NCBI GenBank assembly: GCA_903813345.2
Contig: CAIIXF020000001.1
Span: 38,564,001 to 38,628,000 of the forward strand
Source: Owenia fusiformis
Lineage: Eukaryota
Reading direction: 5' to 3'
DNA: 64,000 bases
The notes below the pieces were generated by a model. That model was not told where the DNA came from and made no database searches. It saw only the letters and a list, made by a program, of their open reading frames with translations. The position numbers were made by a program, and so were the translations under genes. Shown here one piece after another: positions 49,801 through 61,800 of the stretch (position 1 is the first letter of the stretch; each line of letters begins with the position of its first letter).

Positions 49801-52800
49801 TTTACATTGTGAAAATCGAAATCCGCCATTATTTTTTTTGCTCGTCAATTTTCTTCATTTCAACACTGAATTTCAGGACTTTGAACCTATTCATGACACA
49901 TTTGAGTACACATTTATTCACAAAGTTAGGCTTAATATGTTGAATCATCGTTGTTTTTGAAAAAAACGTGACAAAAGTACACCCCTTTTTGTATCCAATT
50001 TTCAATCCACTGTGGCTATATTTACCAAATTTTCTCATTTTGTCAAGTTGTTCAGTTTTGATATGAAACATGACTGGTATAAAGTTTATACACCATAAGA
50101 AAGCCCAATTTGTCTCCTATCTGATGATGTGACTGTTTCTTGGGGAAAAGTAGTATATTTTCTGTAATGGCTTGTTAAAAATGAGACAAAATGACATTTC
50201 GGTCCATGTGAAACCTGTAGCGACGACTGAATTTTCTGACTTTTGTCAAGTTGTTCAGTTTTGATATGAAACATGACTGGTATAAAGTTTATACACCATT
50301 GTAAAGCCCAATTTGTCTCCTATCTGATGATGTGACTGTTACTTGGGGAAAAGTAGTATATAATCTGTAATGGCTTGTTAAAAATGAGACAAAATGCCAC
50401 TTCGGTCCATGTGAAACATGAAGCGACGAATGAATTTTCTGACTTTTGTCAAGTTGTTCAGTTTTGATATGAAGCATGACTGGTATAAAGTTTATACACC
50501 ATTATAAAGCCCAATTTGTCTCCTATCTGATGATGTGACTGTTACTTGGGGAAAAGTAGTATATAATCTGTAATGGCTTGTTAAAGATGAGACAAAATGC
50601 CATTTCGGTCCATGTGAAACATGAAGCGACAAATGAATTTTCTGACCTTTGTCAAGTTGTTCAGTTTTGATATGAAGCATGACTGGTATAAAGTTTATAC
50701 ACCATTATAAAGCCCAATTTGTCTCCTATCTGATGATGTGACTATTACTTGGGGAAAAGTAGTATATTTTCTGTAATGGCTTGTTAAAAATGACACAAAA
50801 TACCATTTCGGTCCATGTGAAACCTGTAGCGACGAATGAATTTTCTAACTTTTGTCAAGTTGTTCAGTTTAAATGAGAAACATGACTGGTATGAAGTTAA
50901 TACACCATTTCAAAGCCCTGTTTGTCTCCTATCTGATGATCTTACTCTAATCTGGGAGAAATTAGTATATTTTCTGAAATGGCTTGTTAAAAATGACACA
51001 AAATGCCATTTCCATCTCCGTTGGAACTGTCACAATGACTACATTTTCTCATTTTGTCAAATTGTTCAGTTTTGATATGAAACATGACTGGTATAAAGTT
51101 TATACACCATTAGAAAGCCCAAATTCTCTCCTATCTGATGATGGGACTGTTACTTGGGGAAAAGTAGTATATTTTCTGTGATGGCTTGTTAAAAATGAGA
51201 CAAAATGCCATTTCGGTCCATGTGAAACCTGTAGGGACGAATGAATTTTCTGACTTTTGTCAAGTTGTTCAGTTTTGATATGAAACATGACTGGTATAAA
51301 GTTGATACACCATTATGAAGCCCAATTTGTCTCCTATCTGATGATGTGTCTCTTACTTGGGGAAAAGTAGTATTATTTTCTGAATTGGCTTGTTAAGAAT
51401 GACACAAAATACCATTTCAGTCCATGTGAAACCTGTAGCGACGAATGAATTTTCTGACTTTTGTCAAGTTGTTCAGTTTAAATGAGAAACATGACTGGTA
51501 TGAAGTTAATACACCAATCCAAAGCCCAATTTCTCTCCTATCTGATGATGTGACTGTTACTTGGGGAAAAATAGTATATTTTCTGAATTGGCTTGTTAAG
51601 AATGACACAAAATACCATTTCGGTCCATGTGAAACCTGTAGCGACAAATGAATTTTCTGACTTTTGTCAAGTTGTTCAGTTTAAATGAGAAACATGATTG
51701 GTTTGAAGTTAATACACCATTCCAAAGCCCTGTTTGTCTCCTATCTGATGATCTTACTCTAATCTTGAAGAAATTAGTATATTTTCTGAAATGGCTTGTT
51801 AAAAATGACACAAAATGCCATTTCCATCTCCGTGGGAACTGTCACAATGACTACATTTTCTCATTTTCTCAAATTGTTCAGTTTTGATATGAAACATGAC
51901 TGGTATAAAGTTTATACACCATTAGAAAGCCCAATTTCTCTCCTATCTGATGATGTGACTGTTACTTGGGGAAAAGTAGTATATTTTCTGAATTGGCTTG
52001 TTAAAAATGACACAAAGTGCCATTTCGTTCCATGTGAAATCTGTAGCGACGACTAAATTTTCTGACTTTTGTCAAGTTGTTCAGTTTAAATGGGAAACAT
52101 GACTGGTATAAAGTTTATACACCATTTTAAAGCCCTAATTGTGATGATGTGACTGTTACTTGGGGGAAAGAAGTATATTTTCTATAATGGCTTGTTATAA
52201 TTGACACAAAATGCCATCTCCATTTCCATGACAACTATTGAGACAAGTACTAGTAATTAAGTTTTTGTTGATTTGTTCAGCTTGGATAGTCAACATGACT
52301 GGTAGCAAGTTTATACACCATTTTAAAGCCTTCTTTGTCTCCTATCTGATGATCTTACTCTTATTTGAGAGAAATTAGTAAATTTTCTGAACTGGCTTGT
52401 GAAAATGACACAAAATCCCATTTCCATATATGTGAAAACTGTCACGACGACTACTTTTTTTGACTTTTTCAATTTGTTCCATTTTAATAGTCAACATGAC
52501 TGGTAGCAAGTTTATACACCATTTTAAAGTCATCTTTGTCTCCCATCTCATGATCTTACTCTTATTTGAGAGAAATTAGTAAATTTTCTGAATTGGCTTG
52601 TTAAAAATGACACAAAATCCCATTTCCATATCCGTGAAAACTGTCGCGATGACTTAATTTTATGACTTTTTCAATTTGTTCCATTTTAATAGGAAACATG
52701 ACTGGTTTAAAGTTTATACACCATTTTAAAGCCCTTTTTGTGTCCTATCTGATGGTCTTACTTTTATTTGGGAGAAATTAGTAAATTGTCTGAACTGGCT

Positions 52801-55800
52801 TGTTAAAAATGACACAAATCCCATTTCAGCCAACGTGAAACCTGTCTTGATGACTAATTTTAATGACTTTTGTCAAATTGACCTGTTTTAATAAACCATT
52901 TTAAAGCCTTCTTTGTCCCTTATCTGATGATGTTACTCTTATTCATGTTTTTTGGGAGAAATAAGTTTATTTTCTGTAGTGACTTGTAAAAATGACACAA
53001 TTGTATAGTGTGTAATTGATATAGAAAATGAGCGTGTATGTATTTTCTAATACTAATGCTGTAATGAAACTTATTTTTTCAGTAATGATTGCATCTTTGA
53101 AAGTTGGATGAGACTGCTACAGGGGAACGCCCATATTTTAGAGCTGCATCTTGCAGTCCTGGCCTGCTATAGTCCTGGCCTGCTATAATTAGGTACATTT
53201 CTAAGTAGTCTAGTTTTCCATGTATAACTTCAAACTGAAATGGCATTTCTTGGAATCCCGAGTCTTATAATGCCTAAAAACATAATATAAAGAACTAGTA
53301 AAGTAGTGATCACAAGGAATTACCACAGTATTGTTTTTAAACAGAAAGTAACAGGAACATCCTTTAAAAGAACACAAAAATCATGAATTGCTTGATATTG
53401 AATAAGATGAACAAAAAATTGGAGATGTTTTTCTTTAATTTTCTTAAAACCTGCATAACTTTAATGCTGTTAAATTGTTTTCAGGTCACAGCACATTCTG
53501 CACTCATTCCTATCAGCTTCATATCAGCATCTACCTGAAACACATAGGATGTTTGTGGATTAAAAACATGTCACCAAGAATCTTATACTAGGACTTCAAA
53601 ACAACATTATTTAAAAATGTGATAGATCTTTCAAAACGATAGTATCTTAATAATTACATTGAGTATAAACTGATAAAGACAGCCTAAGCAAATGTGCTTT
53701 TTACATTCTACAGGGACTTAAATTAAGCCACCTCAAGAAGGTACAAGATTTGATGCTACCCACCTTGCACCTCACAGTGTGATCTTTGTGTAGTATCAGT
53801 TGTATTTGATGACAATTGTAGTCTTAAAATGAAATAAATGATTGATGATTTCTCTGATAAGTACATGTCTTGTGTCAGTGCTATCCAGTGAGCCTTTTTT
53901 AGCATTACTTGGCCTCCTTTTTAGATTAAAAGACCAAATTATCAAAAGATTGGCATTAAATCAAAAAAATTTGGGCCCAAATATCACAGATTGAAGTGGT
54001 GGTTGTCTTCAAAATTCTTTATCCCAAGGCAGGTCCATAGCCAGGATTTGCCAGGGGGTTCATTTTTTGAATAATTCAATCCAGGGGGTTCACTTTTGAG
54101 AATTTTGGCCCAAAAATGCCCAGAATTACTTAAAAAGTGCTTAGAATGTTGAAAAACTGCATGAATTTGAAGCCGGGGGGGGGGGGGGGGGGGGTACTGA
54201 CACTAAATGTGGACACTGCCCAGGCAAGGGGAAGGGGTCGAACTCCCCCCCCCCCCCCCCCCGCCGAAAATTATTGCAAATTCATGCACTTTTTCACCAC
54301 TTTGAGCACTTTTCAAGTTAAATAGTCCAAAGTTGTCAATAGGGAACCCCCCTGGAACACTTAGAAAGTGACCCCCCCCCCTTAGCAAAGCCTGTCTACG
54401 GCCCGCTACCCGTTGATGAGATATAGGGTAAACTTTTATCATGGTCAGCTATGAGAATCACATCCCCAGTTTCCAACCTGTCCAATTCATCCATTCCCGG
54501 GAAAATACGTCATAACGCACTAGACGAAAATGCGAATAATAAATATCGTAATATCGTGAAAACGAACTGACGGCAAATGAAAATTCCGCTCGATAATGTA
54601 CGTGATTTACCATATTCTATGGCCACTGAGTGCAAGAATTGGCTAGAGACTCGAGTAATACGTGATTATGTTTTTTAGCATAAATAATTATCATCATTCG
54701 TTATTAAACTTAATGATTTATAACAATAACATGATTGTTGTGGACTTAGGCCTATTTTTGTGTTTTTCTTTCGCTTTGACATTATTTGAAAGCTAGAATT
54801 CGCAATATATGTTGCTAAATTTAGAAAAATTAATTTTTCTTGGATTTGCGATTTTTCGTGATCTGCGCATGCGCAAGATAGGTGGCGCAATAGTACTAAT
54901 CTCCATTTTGAAGATTTTTGAAGAGCTCCTACAGCCATTCCGCGGCCACCATTCTATCCGTTTCACACCCAGGTGGTAGCAACAGTGTCAAGATATAGGG
55001 ACAGAAAATATTGACATTTTAAAAGTACCGTTTTTTCGTTTTGTTATTATGGAAAGTCAAACATGACTATAGATGATGTTTTATGTAGGCATTTATGTAT
55101 GATACTTAACCATACTCTACGAAGAATGGATGATTTTTGTAGGCATTTATGTAGGCATTCTTAAAACACGTTACTTTGCCTTAAAAACGTTACTTTATTG
55201 GACTTTAACTTTTCTCCTCGAAGAATGGATGATTTTATATTAGCATTTTCATAACACAGTACTTTGCCAATAAAACGTTACTTTATTGGACTTTAACTTT
55301 TCCCCACACATGCCGGAATGTATGATTTTTTATGAAGGCATTCTTAAAACACGTTACTTTGCCTTAAAAACGTTACTTTATAGTCTAACTTTTCTCCTCG
55401 AAGAATGGATGATTTTTAGGTAATTTTCAAAACACAGTACTTTGCCAATAAAACGTTACTTTATCGGACTTTAACTTCTCCCCACAAAGAATGTATGATT
55501 TTTTATGTAGGCATTCTTAAAACACGTTACTTTGCCTTAAAAACGTTACTTTATTGGACTTTAACTTTTCTCCTCGAAGAATGGATGATTTTTAGGTAGG
55601 CATTTTCAAAACACAGTACTTTGCCGATAAAACGTTACTTTCGTGGACTCTAACTTTTCTCCTCGAAGAATGGATGATTTTTTAGGTAGGCATTTTCAAA
55701 ACACAGTACTTTGCCGATAAAACGTTACTTTCGTTGACTCGCGTGGACTCTAACTGTTTCCATGCCAAGTTGTTAAAACACGTTACTTGGCCAGTTTATT

Positions 55801-58800
55801 CCTTCAAGTGTCGAACATTTTAGCCTGGCATTTTTAAAAAGCGTAACTTTGGCCGATTTCCGTAACTTTCTTGTACTCTTAAGTTTTCCTCCATCGACCG
55901 TTGGTAAATTTTAGGTAGGCATTTTCAAAAAGCGTTACTTTGGCCCTTTTCCGTTACTTTCTTGGACTTAAACTTTTTTCGATGTGTAACTTGAAAATCT
56001 TGTCAGTGAGTGGTATTACTAATTATTGTAAAATATAAGATGGACCATAGTGTAAAAAGAGGCTAGTAGTGTTTTTCCATCTATTAATTCACTTATTCCA
56101 CCTTGAAAATCTTAAATTCTTGCAGAAACTTTTGTACAATGCCTAACTGTTGTTTTGGTTTGTTTCGTAGTTCGATGATCTTCCATGTTATTTTCGAAAT
56201 AATAACATGGATGAAACTCCCTAAATAGGTACAGCTTTACTGCACGTTATACCTAACTATCTGTAATTTACAATAGTTACGTCTTGTACGTATGTTTATA
56301 TTTTTTTCATTTTCTGTTGCAATATGTTGGTTGCTTATTTAACGTTCAATGTACTCAATTAGGCGGTTAAAAGACCAAAGTGGATCATTTTTCATGAATG
56401 TACGTTAATTTATAGATTAGTTTAGCCGATAACAGTGTTGAATGACTTCAGAGTTGCAATTTTAGCGATTCATACGATAAAAGATCGATTCATCCCAAAC
56501 ACCAACTTTACCGGAAGGCGCTCTCTGACGTCCGCGCCATTTAGGTCACTTATAACATGGCATTATTTTTCACTTCCCTTTATTAGTACGTTTGAATGCA
56601 ACCATCTTAGACATTGATGCAGCAATTATTTTGACCATGATCATGATCATGAAATGAAATGATCATGAACGAATAACAGATTGACAGATTGATATGTGAA
56701 AATTTGGAAGGTGTATTTTCTGATACTGAGCGACATCTTTATAAAACACAGTTTTCAATCCGACTATAAGTATGAGTAATTCATAAAGATGTCGTTCGCT
56801 TCAACTACATCTCATAAACGTCGAACTAAATCACTAGTTTTCAAGAATTATATACACATTGTATTATTCAAAACACGAGCTAACAAACAATACAATCGTT
56901 TGCATCAGAATATCAATGTATTTTTCCATTTAATATTGCACTGTTGTCTTTTGATTGCTTTTTATCGACTGACGGAGACAAAACTGAAGTTCGTCAAAAT
57001 GCGATTCAAAATCATCTATTGAGTACTTTGAATTTCAAAAATAAGCAATCAAATGACCATATTGCAACAATATTTGGAGAAATAGAAACCTATGTACAAG
57101 GCCTAACTTTAGTATTTCAGATAGTTACAGCAAACGTTTGGCATTCAGTAATTTATTGAGTTTCATCCATGTTAATTTTTCGTGTCGAAAATGTCATGGC
57201 AGAGAAGCATTGAAATATAAGAGGCCACACATATGATAGCTAACTACAAAACAAACCAAAATATACAAAAGTTAGGCCTCGTACAATTGTTTCTACTTTT
57301 ACAAAATACTGTTCAATATCGTCCTTTGATTCCTTATTTTTTACATTCAAAATACTCAATCGGGCAAAAAAGTTTAAGTCCAAGAAAGTAACGGAAAAGG
57401 GCCAAAGTAACGCTTTTTGAAAATGCCTACCTAAATTTCACCAACGCTCGGTGGAGGAAAACTAAGAGTACAAGAAAGTTACGGAAATCGGCCAAAGTAA
57501 CGCTTTTTAAAAACACCAGGCTAAAATGTTCGACACTTGAAGGAATAAAGTTAAAAGTAACGTTTTACTGGCAAAGTACTGTGTTTTAAGAATGCCTACA
57601 TAAAAAATCACCCATTATTCGAGGAGAAAAGTTAAATCCACGAAAGTAACGTTTTATCGGCAAAGTACTGTGTTTTGAAAATGCCTACCTAAAAAGCATC
57701 CATTCTTCGAGGAGAAAAGTTAAAATCCAATAAAGTAGTTTTTAAGGCAAAGTACTGTGTTTTGAAAGTGCGTGCATAAAAATCATCCATTCTTCGTGGA
57801 GATCAGTTAAAGTACAATAAAGTAACGCTTTAAGGCAAAGTAACGTGTTTTGAAAATACCTGCATAAAAAATTATTCATTCTTCGTGGAGATCAGTTAAA
57901 GTCCAATAAAGTAACGATTTTAAGGCAAAGTAACGTGTTTTAAAAAGGCCCTACATAAAAAACCATCCATTCTTCGTGGAGTATGGTTAAAGTCGAATAA
58001 AGTAACGTTTTACTGACAAAGTACTGTGTTTTGAAAATGCCTAATATAAAATCATCCATTCTTCGTGGAGATCAGTTAAAGTCCAATAAAGTAACGTTTT
58101 TAAGGCAAAGTAACATGTTTTAAGAAGGCCCTACATAAAAAACCATCCATTCTTGGTGGAGTATGGTTAAAGTCGAATAAAGTAACGTTTTACTGACAAA
58201 GTACTGTGTTTTGAAAATGCCTAATATAAAATCATCCATTCTTCGTGTAGATCAGTTAAAGTCCAATAAAGTAACGTTTTTAAGGCAAAGTAACGTGTTT
58301 TGAAAAGACTACACAAAAATTCATCCATTCTTCGTGGAAAAAAGTTAAAGTCTAATAAAGTAACGTTTTTAAGGCAAAGTACTGTGTTTTGAAAATGCCT
58401 AATATAAAATCATCCATTCTTCGTGGAGATCAGTTAAAGTCCAATAAAGTAACGTTTTTAAGGCAAAGTAACGTGTTTTGAAAAGACTACACAAAAATTC
58501 ATCCATTCTTCGTGGAGAAAAGTTAAAGTCTAATAAAGTAACGTTTTTAAGGCAAAGTACTGTGTTTTGAAAATGCCTGCATAAAAAGCCATCCATTCTT
58601 CGTGGAGTATGGTTTAAGTTGAATAAAGTAACGTTTTACTGACAAAGTACTGTGTTTTGAAAAGACTACACAAAAATTCATCCATTCTTCGTGGAGAAAA
58701 GTTTAAGTCCAATAAAGTAACGTTTTTAAGGCAAAGTACCGTGTTTTGAAAATGCCTGCATAAAAAGCCATCAGTTCTTCGTGGAGTATGGTTAAAGTTG

Positions 58801-61800
58801 AATAAAGTAACGTTTTACTGACAAAGTACTGTGTTTTGAAAATACCTAATATAAAATCATCCATTCTTCTTGGAGATCAGTTAAAGTCCAATAAAGTAAC
58901 GTTTTTAAGGCAAAGTAACGTGTTTGAAAATGCTTACATAAAATTCATCCATTCTTCGTGGAGTATGGTTAAAATCGAAGTAACGTTTTACTGTCAAAAT
59001 ACTGTGTTTTGAAATTGCCTACATATAAAAATCATCCATTCTTCGTGGAGATAAGTTAAAGTCCAATAAAGTAACGTTTTTAAGGCAAAGCACCGTGTTT
59101 TGAAAATGCTTACATAAAATTCATCCATTCTTCGTGGAGTATTGTTAAAGTCGAATAAAGTAACGTTTTACTGACAAAGTACTTTGTTTTGAAAATGGCC
59201 TACATAAAAAATCATCCATTCGTAGAGATCAGTTAAAGTCCACTAAAGTAACGTTTTTAAGGCAAAGTAACGTGTTTTAAGAATGCGTACATAAAAAGCA
59301 TCCACTCTTATTAGAGAAAACTTAAAGTCTATTAAGGTAACGTTCTAAAGGCAAAGTAACGTGTTTTAGAAATGGCTACATAAAAAATCATCCATTGACA
59401 ATGAACGAACGTTTTAAAGGCAAAGTAACGTGTTTTAAAATGCCTGCATAAAACATAATCTATTCTTCGTAAAGATAATGATTATATCACCAGGTTTCAA
59501 CAGCCAAGGTAGCCAACGTTCCTTAATTACTTTTCATAATAACAAAACGAAAAAACGGTACTTTTAAAATGTCAATATTTTTTGTCCCTATATCGTGACA
59601 TGTATAGGTGGTAGAGCCCATGGATTTATAAAAGAAAAATGTTAACACACATCTTGAATAGGTTAAGTAATGATTAGACTAGTAATAATGTTCACTAATC
59701 TAAATAAGTAGCTGGTCTTAAAATTAATCTATGGAAATGAAGTTCATCGAAACATTAAAAAATATTGGTCTATAAGTAAATCTCAGCCCATTATGCACCC
59801 CACCCCCAAAAGAGAAGAAATGATCTAAAATTACTGGGTATACATATTTCACGGGGGATAAGCAAAACGAGGGCGAAGCCACGGACTGCGACTCGCGTAA
59901 TTCAAAACGAGGTTACAACGCATTATAGCTGAACAATGGCGGTAAGTCCAAACTGAATTTGGAAGGCATGTTAGGATTTGGGGTAGATTATTGGTTTGGA
60001 TATTCTACAGAATAGCTAGTATGTTCCAGTCGGTGATCAACATATTCATACTCCACCTGCAATGACATTCTTGGTGCTCGGCTGTCCAATAGTTTAGCAT
60101 GAACACAAATGAATTCGAAATCTGCCACAAAAAATGTAATTTTGTCAATATTTGTCCCTAATATACCGATTTAAACAAAGGAATCAGAAATGACATCGAA
60201 TTAATATAATTATTCATGTTCTGTTGTTACAATTACATCTTCGTGTGATATTTGGTAAGCGGAAAACGTACAATTACATAGAAAATTGGAATTTATAATA
60301 GTCGCAGTCCATCCATCTGCCCAACACAGTCCGCGACTCAGTGTTGCTTTATATCTGAAGCTGAACGCAATCACAGCCAAAGGTAGATAGCACAATGGGT
60401 GTACAGGTGTGGCCGAAATGGAGCAACTTTGGACAAAATTGAATATCAAGGGCTATTTTAATAGGGCCTACATCGTGTCTCAATCCATTCTGCAAATATA
60501 TACAAGCTGTCAAATACAGCTGAAATCATGAATTTATGGTAGCTAGCAATATTGATGGACTGTTGGAAAGATCATCCAAAATTACATTAACTCACCAACT
60601 CTCCAATTATTTGATATTTTCCTGATATCTTAAATACTAGTTAATGTACCCCTTCCCCAACAGCTTTTATTGCATCATCAAAAAGTTAATTGTTTCGCAT
60701 TTCTACTTCTTATAAAAAGTCTCACCACTATCCAATTATCTATATATTTAACCCTATCCACAAATTGGTTTGTAATAAACATATTACGTTGTCATCTTGC
60801 GCTCGACTGTTCTGCCAAATACGCTATTGAATTGCCATATTTCTAGGTCTTAAACGATACAATATAGCAATTTGGGACATTGATTCAGGTAATAGATATA
60901 TGTTAATCAACGTAACTTTGAATGATAATCTGGATGCTGACTTTTCTTTTCCTGAAACAATAATAGCGTAGGAATATAGTTTACACTATCTTATTTATTT
61001 CGTGTTCGCGGCTGGACTGCGTTACTTAGAATATCAATGGTGGCTGTGTTGCGTTGTTGAAATAGCTTTGTTTACTGGACTGCGTCCACTATGAATGCGC
61101 AGTTTGAATCTAATTTTCTCCTCATGAACACATTCTATTATCAAATCATTTTCACGAATTATACTCGGAGCCTCAACTAACCTTTAGATATCAGAAACGT
61201 GTTAAAACTCCTTTCAAATGTATAGTAAATTAAATAATATGCACATATTTTACAGGTAAAATCAGAACTTTGCTACTGTTTTAGCTTGATCTGGACAACT
61301 GCTTATTTTCTTATCTACAGACCAACAGTAGATACAGAGTAATATTTTGGTCACCGATTAGACACTACGATAGCATTTAAAATACCTGGATTTCTCTATT
61401 TTGTCGGAAGAAGCAGAAGGCACTGCAGGATGTCCCTCCATTTTGGCGCTGGGCTGCGGTGTAAAGTTACGCGAGTCGCAGTCCGTGGCTTCGCCCTCGT
61501 TTTGCTTATCCCCCGTGATATTTGTAAACTATATAATGGTATTAAAATAAAATTATTTCTTGGGGAACAATCCACAGATCTTCCTTAACATACATCTCAA
61601 AGGTGCACATACCCCTGAACCAGGACTGAGCATTATATGGTAGCATAGAGATTATGCTCTCAAGATCCCCTTTCTACTGACCTAAAACTAAGATTCTCAG
61701 GTATATACTGTAATATACATACCTCTAGAGTACTAATTGGTGGTGGGGTGAGAGTCTTGTTCTCTGCATAAAGTCTCCTTTGTGTTTGAAGCTCTTGTAT

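Larger units (their letters stand above)
49542..59622. mobile_element. 10-kb P-superfamily-like non-autonomous composite element in TBC1D2B-like intron 2
   Basis: 7-bp TSD GATTTAT (49535-49541, 59623-59629); termini CATGGGCTCTA/TAGAGCCCATG; the TIR extends to 29 bp (24/29 identical) once the nested insertion is removed. Confidence 0.8.

Noticed and set aside
49829..52056. Series of similar 62-86-aa ORFs
   Set aside because: Translations of 203-bp satellite monomers.
55100..59470. Regularly spaced repeats resembling a CRISPR array
   Set aside because: Eukaryotic context, no unique spacers and no cas genes; these are plain tandem repeats.
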